From an uncultured Gemmatimonadales bacterium (GTDB lineage Bacteria; Gemmatimonadota; Gemmatimonadetes; Longimicrobiales; RSA9): a DNA stretch of 64,000 nucleotides. Shown one piece after another: positions 45,252 to 54,159 of the stretch (position 1 is the first letter of the stretch; each line of letters starts with the position of its first letter). The stretch covers positions 256,001 to 320,000 of the forward strand of contig CAWCUS010000006.1 in the NCBI GenBank assembly GCA_963798845.1, in the 5' to 3' direction. Position numbers and translations under genes: made by a program. Under the pieces are notes generated by a model that worked only from the letters and a program-made list of their open reading frames with translations, had not been told where the DNA came from and searched no databases.

Positions 45252-46214
45252 TCATGGGTCCACGTCGCCCAGCACGGCCCGCAGCACCGCCCCGGCCACG
45301 TCCCGCAGGTCCCCGAGCGACGCGGCCAGCGCCCGGTGGTCCCGCCCGATCACCACGCCCAGCGCCGGATTCCGGGTGTGCGCCCGTCCCGTGTCTTCGA
45401 TGTTGCCGTGGTCGCTGACCACGAACACCGTGGCGTCCCGGGGCAGGTCGCCGACGACCCCCCCGAGGAAGGCGTCCAGCCGCTCCAGCGCGGCGACCGC
45501 TTCGCCCGGCTTCCCCCGGTGCCCGACCAGGTCCGTCGTGTAGTGGGCGAAGAGCGTCAGGTCGTGGGCAGCCACGATCCGGGCCAGGTGGGCCCCCGCT
45601 TCGGCCGCTGAAGGGAGGGGGAGCGATGTCCTCCCCAGGTGGCGGATCCAGCCTTCGTTGGTGATCTCGCTGGCCACGGCTTCGCCGGCAGCCAGAGCGG
45701 CCGTGTGGCGGGTGAGGGCGCGCGCCCCGAGGGCGGCCAGCGGCGGACCCGCGCGCAGCGGGCCGAGCCGTCGACTTGCCAGCAGCCGTGCCAGGGCGAC
45801 CTCGTCCCCGCCAGCCGCCTCATCCCTGTCCGCGCCGCCGAGCGCACGCCGGACCAGCTCCTCGGGGTACGCGTTGGCGAACGCTACCCGCCGCCCCCGC
45901 TCCCTCGCCACGGCCAGCATACTCCGCCCCGCCACCAGCGGGCGGAGTGCCGTCGGGACCCAGGGGCCATGGTGGCGGCCGAATCGGCGGACGGCGTCTT
46001 CGCCGGTGAGGAGCGTGGCGTGACCGGTCCCGCTCTGGGGCAGCCCGGGGACACCCAGCGTGGCGTCCACGCCCACGAGACTGGCCCGGGTGCCGTGGTA
46101 CGGGGCGGCCTCGGCCGCCGGGATGCGACCATCGAGGAGCGCTTCCAGCGTGGGTAGCCGGGCGGCCGTGAACGGGTTGGCGGATGTGGCCGGGCCCAGC
46201 CCCACGCCGTCCAC
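45252..46214 (-). CDS. Alkaline-phosphatase-superfamily metalloenzyme (iPGM/phosphopentomutase-like)
   Basis: Motifs DGVGLG, PQSGTG, DLVGH, SDHGNIED and HTRNP. The frame is open upstream (RALLLFV), so the true start is probably nearer 46290. Confidence 0.82.
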   Translation of the reverse strand: MDGVGLGPATSANPFTAARLPTLEALLDGRIPAAEAAPYHGTRASLVGVDATLGVPGLPQSGTGHATLLTGEDAVRRFGRHHGPWVPTALRPLVAGRSMLAVARERGRRVAFANAYPEELVRRALGGADRDEAAGGDEVALARLLASRRLGPLRAGPPLAALGARALTRHTAALAAGEAVASEITNEGWIRHLGRTSLPLPSAAEAGAHLARIVAAHDLTLFAHYTTDLVGHRGKPGEAVAALERLDAFLGGVVGDLPRDATVFVVSDHGNIEDTGRAHTRNPALGVVIGRDHRALAASLGDLRDVAGAVLRAVLGDVDP

Positions 46215-46288
46215 GAACAGGAGCAGCGCGCGGCCCGGCCCCGGGGGAGCGCCATCGTCGGCGACGCTCCGGCCCGGGGGCCGTGGCG

Positions 46289-49200
46289 TCAGCCTGCGTC
46301 CTCCGCTTCCGGCTCCTCCTCGGGGATCATGGTCCGCTGCACGGCTTCCATGTTGCGGGCCTGGAGGAGCTGGTTGAAGCGGGCGAGGTCCCGATCCAGG
46401 ATGCCGTTCAGCCGATCGAGCTGCTGGCCCAGCTCCCCGGAGAGCTGCTCGAAGACCTCGTGGCTCTGCTTCGTGGGGCGCCCCTCCGACCGCTGAACCA
46501 CGCCCAGGAGCGCCGCGAGCTTGTTGTTCAGCTTGATCGGGAAATTGAGCGGGTCCTGGTTGCTCCGGTTCCTGACCTGGTAGATCTCGCCCTCGACGTC
46601 GGCCATCGCCGCCAGCAGCTCGTTCCCCGTCGACTTCAGCTCCGCGTCATCCGGCTTCTCGTCGATCCGGGTCTGCACCTGGTTCCGGATCCCCCGGATC
46701 AGCCGCACGGCGTCGTTCGCCGCGCTTACGCGATCGCGGATCTGCATGCTGAACCGGAACTGCTCCGCCAGGTCCGCCGTCGTCACGTGCGGCAGCCGGG
46801 GATCGGGGAGGATCCGGAACGTCCGCGTCTGCGTCTTGCCGTCGGTCGTCAGGCGAACGGTGTACTCCCCGGGAGGCGCCACGGGACCGTAGCGCACCGA
46901 GCCCGCCCACAGGATGATCCCCGGGAACGTGGTGGCGCCAGGGAAGCGGAGCGACCACGTGAACGTGTTCATCCCCGCCTTCATCGGGGGCGACGACGGA
47001 CCGGCCGCGCGACGCGGCCCCTCCTCGTCTTCCTCCTCTTCCGCAGCCGGCTTCTTCTTCGTCGAGTCGGCGGGCGGCTCCCCCTTCCACGAGTCGATCA
47101 CCTTGCCGTCCGATTCCAGGATCGCGAGCTCCAGCGACTTCGGCGCCTTCTCCAGGTGGTAGGCCACCCGCAGCGGACCGCTCACCCCGACCACCGGGTC
47201 GTCCGGCTGGAAAAGGTGCACGGGGGCAGCGGCCACCTGCGGTGTGAGCTGCCGCAGCGGGGAGATGTCGTCCATGATCCAGAAGCCGCGGCCGTGCGTT
47301 GCGATCACCAGGTCGTTCCCCTGCACCATCAGGTCGGCCACCTGCGTCACGGGCAGGTTCCGCGACAGCGACTGCCAGCGCGCGCCGTCGTCCCAGCTCA
47401 CGTACACGCCCGTCTCCGTCCCCGCGAACAGCAGCCCCGGGCGCACCGGGTCCTCGCGAACCGCGCGCGTGAAGGCGCCCACCGGCATGCCCGCGGAGAT
47501 GTCGATCCACGTCTTGCCGCAGTCACTGGTTCGGTAGGCGTACGGCTTCTGGTCGCCCAGCAGATAACGGTTGGCCGCCACGTAGGCCCTGCACACGTCA
47601 TGAGGCGAAGCGTCGATCATGCTGATGCGGCTGAGCCGCGGCAGCTGCGGTGGCGTGATGTCCGTCCAGTGCGCGCCGCCATCGCGCGTGATGTGGACGA
47701 GACCGTCATCCGAGCCGGCCCAGAGCGTGAGCGAATCCTGCAGCGACGGCGCCAGCGTGAACACCGTGGCGAACGTCTCGACGCCGGTCTGGTCCTTCGT
47801 GATCGGCCCGCCGCTCGGGCCCATCGTGGCCGTGTCCGCCAGCGTCAGGTCCGGGCTGATCTGTTCCCAGCTCCGGCCCGCCGTGGTGGTCTTCCACACA
47901 TGTTGCGAGGTGGCGTACAGCACATCCGGGTTCTCCGGCGAGAACACGATCGGGAACGTCCACTGGAAACGCTCCGTGATGTCCTCCGACGAGTAGCCCA
48001 TCGGGTTGTCCGGCCACGGGTTCACCATGGAGCTGAGGCCGGTGTCCCGATCGTATCGCTCCAGGTACCCGCCGTAGCTGCCGCCGTACGTCACGGCCGG
48101 GTCCTCCGGATCCACCGCGATGTAGCCGCTCTCCCCGCCCGCCACGCGATAGAAGCTCTCCGGACCGCCGTCGCTCGGCATGCACAGCGTGCTGTTGTCC
48201 TGCTGTGCGCCGCACACGTGGTACGGGATGTCGCTCGTCGTGGTGACGTGGTAGATCTGCGCGGTCGAGATGTCCTGGTCCGTCCACGTCTCACCGCCGT
48301 TCACGCTCACGTTCGCGCCGCCGTCGTTGCCGTTGATCATCCGCTGGTCGTCGCCGGGCGCGATCCAAAGGTCGTGGTTGTCGCCGTGCGGCACCCGGAA
48401 GCGCGTCGGAAACGTCTTGCCCGCGTCCGTCGACTTGTAGAACGCCGTGTTCAGGACGTAGACCACGTCCTTCTCCTGCGGGTCGGCGTAGATGCGCGTG
48501 TAGTAGAATGCCCGCTGGCGCAGCTTCCGCTCGTCGTTCGTCTTCGTCCACGTGGCGCCGCCGTCGTCGCTGCGGAACACGCCGCCCTCCGCCGCCTCCA
48601 CGATGGCGTAGACGCGCTGGGCGTCCACGGGCGAAACGCTGACACCGATCTTGCCGAGCGGCCCCTCCGGCATCCCGGGGTTGTCGCTCAGCAGGTCCCA
48701 GGTCTTCCCGCCGTCCGTGGTCTTGTACAGACCGCTCCCCGGCCCGCCGCTCGACATCCCCCACGGCTTCCGCCACACCTGCCACATGGCGGCGTACGCA
48801 GTGCTGGGATCAGCCGGGTCGAGGCTGAGCTCCACCGCGCCAGTGCTGTCGTTGACGGCGAGCAGCTGATCCCACGTCTTTCCGCCGTCGGTGCTGCGAT
48901 ACACCCCCCGCTCCGTGTTCGCGTCGCCGTAGTGCCCCAGCGCCGCCACCCACACGTCGTCGCAGTCCTTCGGATCGATCCGGACCTTCGAGATGTTCCT
49001 CGACGCTTCCAGGCCGACGTGCGTCCACGTCTTTCCCGCGTCCGTGGTCCGGTACACGCCGTCGCCCGGCATCACGTTTCCCCGCAGGTCCGACTCCCCG
49101 GTGCCCATGTAGACCACGTCGGCGTTCGCCTCGCACACCGCCACCGCTCCCACGCTGGAGCTCTGGATCTGGCCGTCCGTCACCGGCCGCCACGTGGTCC

Positions 49201-49465
49201 CGCCATCCGTGGTCTTCCACACACCCCCGCCCGTGGCCCCGAAGTAGTACTCGTTCTCGCGCGCGTCGCTGCCCGCCACCGCGATGGACCGGCCGCCCCT
49301 GGCCGGGCCGAGGTTGCGCCAGCGGAACGGCTGGAGCATCTCGGCGGAATAGGCCGGCTTCGGCGCCGTTGTGCCTTGCGCCATGGTGCTTGCCGGCGCG
49401 CACGCGGAAACCGTCACGGCCATGAGGCCCGCGACGTACAGTGGGATACGGCGGCTTCGGCGCAT
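46289..49465 (-). CDS. VPS10/BNR-repeat secreted glycosyl-hydrolase-like lipoprotein
   Basis: Lipobox VSAC, WRNLGPARGGR, many xSxDGGxTW Asp-boxes, HGDNH and ATHGRGFW. Confidence 0.9.
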   Translation of the reverse strand: MRRSRRIPLYVAGLMAVTVSACAPASTMAQGTTAPKPAYSAEMLQPFRWRNLGPARGGRSIAVAGSDARENEYYFGATGGGVWKTTDGGTTWRPVTDGQIQSSSVGAVAVCEANADVVYMGTGESDLRGNVMPGDGVYRTTDAGKTWTHVGLEASRNISKVRIDPKDCDDVWVAALGHYGDANTERGVYRSTDGGKTWDQLLAVNDSTGAVELSLDPADPSTAYAAMWQVWRKPWGMSSGGPGSGLYKTTDGGKTWDLLSDNPGMPEGPLGKIGVSVSPVDAQRVYAIVEAAEGGVFRSDDGGATWTKTNDERKLRQRAFYYTRIYADPQEKDVVYVLNTAFYKSTDAGKTFPTRFRVPHGDNHDLWIAPGDDQRMINGNDGGANVSVNGGETWTDQDISTAQIYHVTTTSDIPYHVCGAQQDNSTLCMPSDGGPESFYRVAGGESGYIAVDPEDPAVTYGGSYGGYLERYDRDTGLSSMVNPWPDNPMGYSSEDITERFQWTFPIVFSPENPDVLYATSQHVWKTTTAGRSWEQISPDLTLADTATMGPSGGPITKDQTGVETFATVFTLAPSLQDSLTLWAGSDDGLVHITRDGGAHWTDITPPQLPRLSRISMIDASPHDVCRAYVAANRYLLGDQKPYAYRTSDCGKTWIDISAGMPVGAFTRAVREDPVRPGLLFAGTETGVYVSWDDGARWQSLSRNLPVTQVADLMVQGNDLVIATHGRGFWIMDDISPLRQLTPQVAAAPVHLFQPDDPVVGVSGPLRVAYHLEKAPKSLELAILESDGKVIDSWKGEPPADSTKKKPAAEEEEDEEGPRRAAGPSSPPMKAGMNTFTWSLRFPGATTFPGIILWAGSVRYGPVAPPGEYTVRLTTDGKTQTRTFRILPDPRLPHVTTADLAEQFRFSMQIRDRVSAANDAVRLIRGIRNQVQTRIDEKPDDAELKSTGNELLAAMADVEGEIYQVRNRSNQDPLNFPIKLNNKLAALLGVVQRSEGRPTKQSHEVFEQLSGELGQQLDRLNGILDRDLARFNQLLQARNMEAVQRTMIPEEEPEAEDAG

Positions 49466-49679
49466 CCTCGCCTTCCTCTCTGCAGGTGGTCGATGGGACG
49501 GGGAAGGCCGGTAGAGTGGCCGCAGCGGCTTGGCGGTGTCAAGCGGAGGCAGGGCGCCACCGCACCCCCACTTGCCTCATCCCCTCATCCGCGTCATCTC
49601 ACGATGCGCACCCGAACCCCCGCGCAACCCGGGGGTACACGTGCCCATCGGAGATCTACGAGCAGCGAGGAATGCGGAG

Positions 49680-50255
49680 ATGGTGGAGTTCACCGATAGA
49701 GCCCGCGAGATGGTCCTTCAGTACGCGGACGCCATGGACAGGCCCGCGGTCCGGATCGCGGTGCACGGCAGCCCCTTCGCGCCGCAGTACGAGTTCGCCC
49801 TGGTGGAGGACGGCGCCCGCCCGGAAGACGAAGTGATCCAGCTGGACGGCTTCCGTGTCCTGGTGGATCCGGACAGCGTGGAGAAGATCCGCGGCTCGAT
49901 CATCGAGTGGGTGGAGCAGGAGCAGCGGACCGGCTTCGAGGTTCGCAACCCGAACGTCCGCAGGCTCGGGGAGGTGGCGCCGGAAGGACCCATGGCGGAG
50001 CGGGTCCGCCACGTGCTGGAGACGCAGGTGAACCCCGGTGTCGCATCACACGGTGGGCGCATCTCGCTCGTCAATGTGGACGGAAACGATGTCTACCTCG
50101 AGCTCGGGGGCGGCTGCCAGGGGTGCGGCATGGCTCGCGTGACCCTGAAGCAGGGCGTCGAGCGCATGCTGCGCGAGGCGATCCCCGACATCGGCCAGGT
50201 CATCGACGCGACCGACCACGCCGCCGGGGCCAACCCGTACTACGCCCGGACTTGA
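49680..50255 (+). CDS. nfuA: NfuA-type Fe-S cluster carrier (degenerate A-type domain plus NifU C-terminal domain)
   Basis: N-domain without Cys. Then NPGVASHGG, GGGCQGC, TLKQGVE and TDHAAGANPYY. Confidence 0.88.
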   Translation: MVEFTDRAREMVLQYADAMDRPAVRIAVHGSPFAPQYEFALVEDGARPEDEVIQLDGFRVLVDPDSVEKIRGSIIEWVEQEQRTGFEVRNPNVRRLGEVAPEGPMAERVRHVLETQVNPGVASHGGRISLVNVDGNDVYLELGGGCQGCGMARVTLKQGVERMLREAIPDIGQVIDATDHAAGANPYYART

Positions 50256-50261
50256 GTCACC

Positions 50262-50302
50262 GCGCCCGGCCTCTGCCCGCCCGCGGCGGGCGGGGCCGGC
50301 GC
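50262..50302 (+). terminator. GC-rich hairpin after nfuA
   Basis: ccggcctctgcccgcc / ggcgggcggggccgg imperfect inverted repeat. No U tract. Confidence 0.35.
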
Positions 50303-50360
50303 GGGGCACGTCCGCACCACCGCTCCTCGTCCACGCACGTCCGCCGGCGACCCTGAGCCC

Positions 50361-51914
50361 ATGACGCCCACAGGCGGCTCGCTCGTGCAGTGGTTCCGGG
50401 AGCAGGAGCTGCTCCGCGGCCCCTTCCTCTTCGTCGACTACTGGGCCAACGTCCTCGGCCTCGACGGGATCATCCCGGACGAGCACATCGAGGGTGGGTA
50501 CGTGGATCCCCCCCTCTTCCGACTGGGCATCGACCGCCCCGACGTCGAGACACCCCGTCTCTGGTCCTATTACCTCCTCTTTCTCTTCGGCCCGTTCCTG
50601 TTCGCGTTCCGCTCCTTCCGGAGGCTCGGCCGATACCGCCTGCGCTTCGCGAGCCGCCGCGCGGCCGACGTGCAGGCGGCGCTGGCGCCGTTCCGGCTGC
50701 GGCTCGACCCCGCGCAGCCGCCGGCCGGACGCGGATCCGGCCTCGGCCCCGGGCCACGCTGCGACGTCAGCCTCGGCGAGACCGTCCTGGCCCGCGACCT
50801 CCTCGACCCCTACCGCGTCGCCGGCTTCAGCTCGCTCTTCTGGGCGGCCAACAAGCTCCCGGTGGCTTCGTTCTCGGGGCTCATGGTGGTGGGCGTGGCT
50901 GCCCCCGTGCTCCGCGCCACGCATCTCCTCGGTGTGACCGCTCACTACTGGATACCCGTGGGATTCCCGCTCCTGGTCCTGGTGCTGTACGGCCTCTTCC
51001 GGGAATGGGCCACGGCCATTCTCGGCGGCCTGCCGATCCTCATGGGGACCTTCCTGGTGGGCGTGCTGAACCCGTCCACCCCGACCGACTGGTCCGTGTT
51101 CTTCTGGGCGCTGGCCGGGATCTACGTCCTTTACCTGCTGGCGGACGCGTTCTTCCTTCCCCGCCCCGTCCCGCCGGTCCTCCTCCTCTACACCCGCACA
51201 GGCCCCGGGCGGCCATACAGCCGAACGCAGGACGAGCCGTGGTGGCTCGAGGGCGAGGCGTACTGGGTGTGGCGGTACCTCCTCCTCTCACCGGCGGAGG
51301 TCAACAAGTTCTGGGAGCGGGACTGGGAGCGCGTGGACCTGTGGATCCGCGCCGACGGTCCCGAGGCGGGGCGCCTCGAATGGGTCGTCACCGACCTCCA
51401 TTATCGCGAGCTATGGGTCCCGTACGAGAAGCTCGCGGATCCAGAGACCCTGGAGCGCCAGCGCGACAAGGCCGCGGCGGCAGTCCGCGGCGACGGGACG
51501 GGCATCTGGCTGGTGGAGGTGGACGCGGACCTGATCTTCCACTCGCCGGTGTTTCGCGCCGTGACGTTCCTTACGGACCGCGGCGGGGTTCCGGTGCGCG
51601 GCCTCACCCACGTGCTCCGCTCCCTCTGGAAGCGTGTGCGCGATGACGACGTCCGGGACCCGCTGCGCGCCCTCCGACGCATCCGCATGGAGGCCGGAGT
51701 GGACATCCTCGGCGATATCCCGGAGATCATCAGCCGGCGCGCCGAGCAGAGGATCCTCGCCGAGCCGTGGACGTACTGGCGCTATCCCCTCGGCGCGGCC
51801 CGCGCCCGCACACCCCGCGTCTACGAGCCGCTGCGGCCCCTGGCCCCGCCCGCCGCCGCAGACCCGGCGCTCCAGGTGAAGGCGCCCGCCACGACGGCGG
51901 TCGGAGGCGGATAG
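50361..51914 (+). CDS. Hypothetical membrane protein with Trp-rich C-terminal soluble domain
   Basis: 517-aa ORF with about 5 TM segments and coding-like composition. No family recognised. Confidence 0.78.
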   Translation: MTPTGGSLVQWFREQELLRGPFLFVDYWANVLGLDGIIPDEHIEGGYVDPPLFRLGIDRPDVETPRLWSYYLLFLFGPFLFAFRSFRRLGRYRLRFASRRAADVQAALAPFRLRLDPAQPPAGRGSGLGPGPRCDVSLGETVLARDLLDPYRVAGFSSLFWAANKLPVASFSGLMVVGVAAPVLRATHLLGVTAHYWIPVGFPLLVLVLYGLFREWATAILGGLPILMGTFLVGVLNPSTPTDWSVFFWALAGIYVLYLLADAFFLPRPVPPVLLLYTRTGPGRPYSRTQDEPWWLEGEAYWVWRYLLLSPAEVNKFWERDWERVDLWIRADGPEAGRLEWVVTDLHYRELWVPYEKLADPETLERQRDKAAAAVRGDGTGIWLVEVDADLIFHSPVFRAVTFLTDRGGVPVRGLTHVLRSLWKRVRDDDVRDPLRALRRIRMEAGVDILGDIPEIISRRAEQRILAEPWTYWRYPLGAARARTPRVYEPLRPLAPPAAADPALQVKAPATTAVGGG

Positions 51915-51981
51915 GGCCCGCCCTCCACCGGAGGCGACGGGTCCGGGCGCTCGGCTTGATCCGCGCTGAGCTCGGCGCCTT

Positions 51982-52743
51982 TCAGCGCGCCGCAGGAGAA
52001 GGCTCGTTCAGCCGCCGGTCGGGCGCCGCGATCTCCTCGATATGGAGCTTCAACCCCTCCGCTTCCAGGACGTGTCTCGCCACGTTGTAGACAGGGATCC
52101 CGGACGGCGTACGGCCCCGGTAGCTTCCGTGGTGCGCGTGCCCGTGCAGCACCACGTCGGCCCCCATCGTCTCGATCGGGTCCAGCAGCCTGGATGAGCC
52201 GAGGTACGCGAAGATCTGCTCCGGCTCCCCCTTCAGCGTCTCCGTGATCGGGGCGTAGTGCGTCAGGACCACTCGCTGCTCCGTCCGCAGCTCGCGCAAC
52301 CCTCGCTCGAGCTTCAGCGCTTCGTCCACTGCGCTCTGCACGAAGTCCTTGATCAGCCGCTCGCCGAAAGGGCCGAGCGCAGCCCGGCCGAACCCGCCCG
52401 CGAACCCCTTGACCCCCGTGAACCCAATGCCCTGGATCTCCACCGCGTTCCCGTCCAGCACGACCACGCCCGCATCCGCCAGGATGCTGCACAGCTCGGC
52501 CTCGGCCTCGGACTCGAAGTCGTGATTTCCCAGTACCGCAACGATCGGCATGTCGAGTCCGCGGAGCTCGTCCACGAACGCCGACATCTGCTCCGGCCGG
52601 CCGTGGGTGGTCAGGTCCCCGAGGAGGGCGAGGATGTCCGCGTCGCGGCGGCCCCGCTCGAACAGCTCCGCGAGCGAGCCTCGGGAGCGCTCGTCGTAAT
52701 GGAAGTCGCCGATCGCGGCCACCCGCACGGTCCGCTCAGCCAT
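51982..52743 (-). CDS. Calcineurin-like metallophosphoesterase
   Basis: Motifs GDFH, GDLT, GNHD, THY and HGHAH. Start MAERTV overlaps the upstream gene end. Confidence 0.92.
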   Translation of the reverse strand: MAERTVRVAAIGDFHYDERSRGSLAELFERGRRDADILALLGDLTTHGRPEQMSAFVDELRGLDMPIVAVLGNHDFESEAEAELCSILADAGVVVLDGNAVEIQGIGFTGVKGFAGGFGRAALGPFGERLIKDFVQSAVDEALKLERGLRELRTEQRVVLTHYAPITETLKGEPEQIFAYLGSSRLLDPIETMGADVVLHGHAHHGSYRGRTPSGIPVYNVARHVLEAEGLKLHIEEIAAPDRRLNEPSPAAR

Positions 52744-53644
52744 CCCACACTCCCGCGCTCCGGATCGCCTCCACAACGTCCTTCCGCTGCACGGCCGAGA
52801 CGTGGCGCAGCCGCTCGTCGGTGAACCCCCATTCGTTCACGTCAATGGCGAACGAGAAGCGCGACAGCATGGTCCCGCGGCACACCGGCTCGCGATCGGC
52901 GTCTTCAGCCGCGGGAGGCCAGCCTGGCGAGGTGCTTCCCCCGAACGCCTCCTCCTCCAGACGCCGCAGCGCTTCCCGCACCTTACCCGGGATCGCCGCC
53001 CCGTGATCGGGGTAGACGTAGTCGAAGAAGTGGAGCTGCGACGCCAGCAGTCGCCAGTGCGGACCCACCCGCTCCAGCAGCCGGTCCCAGGTCAGCTCGC
53101 TCCCGCGGTGCAGGATCAGGTGGACCACGTCCGCCATGTCGAAGCGGTGGCGCTCCCCTATGAACAGCCGGTGCCAGATCAGCTCCTCCGGCGGCGCGAT
53201 GCGGACCGGCGTGGCGGCTAGGATCGCAGGGCGGGAGTTCTCGTACCACGCACGGTCGATGAAACCGATCCCGTTCGCCATGCCGTAGATCAGGTCCACC
53301 TGCGCTCCCTTCAGCGCTTTGGCCAGCCAGTGGGCTTCCTCCAGCCGCGTTCGGAAGCCGCGCGCCTTCAGCGCTTCCGCCGCTTCCACCACGACGTGCG
53401 GCTCCATCAGCAGGTCGAGGTCCTTCGTCTCGCGGTAGATCCCGGTGTACGCATGGATCGCGTACAGGCCGCTCACCACGTACGGCACGCCCGCCCGGTT
53501 GAGCGTCTCCATCGCCTCGCGGTACACCTCCCGCTCCGCCTCGGGGATCCAGAACTCCCCGTGCGTGAGTGACTTCCGCTCGTCGGCGTTCAGGCGACGC
53601 GTGCCCTGCGGGATCGCTCCCGCCCCACCGGATGTCTCGGTCAT
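52736..53644 (-). CDS. Pol-beta-superfamily nucleotidyltransferase family protein
   Basis: GVPYVVSGLYA...TKDLDL (G..DxD), a third Asp in VDLIY, PEELIW and DMADV. Confidence 0.8.
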   Translation of the reverse strand: MTETSGGAGAIPQGTRRLNADERKSLTHGEFWIPEAEREVYREAMETLNRAGVPYVVSGLYAIHAYTGIYRETKDLDLLMEPHVVVEAAEALKARGFRTRLEEAHWLAKALKGAQVDLIYGMANGIGFIDRAWYENSRPAILAATPVRIAPPEELIWHRLFIGERHRFDMADVVHLILHRGSELTWDRLLERVGPHWRLLASQLHFFDYVYPDHGAAIPGKVREALRRLEEEAFGGSTSPGWPPAAEDADREPVCRGTMLSRFSFAIDVNEWGFTDERLRHVSAVQRKDVVEAIRSAGVWDG

Positions 53645-53657
53645 CGACCGTGCAGGG

Positions 53658-53673
53658 TGCAAGCGCCGTTCCC
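53658..53673 (-). promoter_or_regulatory. Putative sigma54 promoter of the NTase-phosphoesterase operon
   Basis: Minus strand GGGAACGGCGCTTGCA, which is GG-N10-GC with a TTGC -12 element. Confidence 0.55.
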
Positions 53674-53694
53674 GATTTTCACTATATTTCGGCC

Positions 53695-54096
53695 ATGCTC
53701 GCCCGCATCATCGCGCTTTTCGTCCTGCTCCCCATGGTGGAGCTCGCCCTCCTGATCCAGATCGGCGACTGGATCGGGCTCGGCCCGACCCTGCTCATCG
53801 TGATCGGCACCGGCGCACTCGGGGGTCTGCTCGCCCGCCGACAGGGACTCCGCGCCTGGCTCGCCATCCAGGGCGAGCTCCGCGAGCGCCGCGTCCCCGC
53901 GGGCGCCCTGCTCGACGGCCTGCTCATCCTGATCGGGGGCGTCTTCCTCCTGACGCCGGGCGTCCTCACCGACCTGCTCGGCCTCTCGCTCCTGGTCCCC
54001 GTCACGCGCGGCGCCATCAAGCGCACGCTCCGACGCCGCTTCGAGCGGGCTGTGCAGCGCGGCGAATCCGGCTTCACCGTTCTCTTCCTTCGCTGA
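53695..54096 (+). CDS. fxsA: FxsA family membrane protein
   Basis: Motifs PMVELALLIQIG, LARRQG and GGVFLLTPGVLTDLLG. Confidence 0.9.
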   Translation: MLARIIALFVLLPMVELALLIQIGDWIGLGPTLLIVIGTGALGGLLARRQGLRAWLAIQGELRERRVPAGALLDGLLILIGGVFLLTPGVLTDLLGLSLLVPVTRGAIKRTLRRRFERAVQRGESGFTVLFLR

Positions 54097-54123
54097 TCGG
54101 CGCCCGCACCGCCGCCGTCCGGC

Positions 54124-54153
54124 ACCGCCGCCGGACCCGGGCCCGGCGGCGGT
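54124..54153. terminator. Perfect 11-bp hairpin between convergent genes
   Basis: accgccgccgg-N8-ccggcggcggt. No U tract. Confidence 0.5.
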
Positions 54154-54159
54154 CCGACG

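Noticed and set aside
51982..53644. CBASS-type anti-phage system
   Set aside because: There is no effector or Cap2/Cap3 gene, no defence-island context, and no CD-NTase-specific features that I could recognise.
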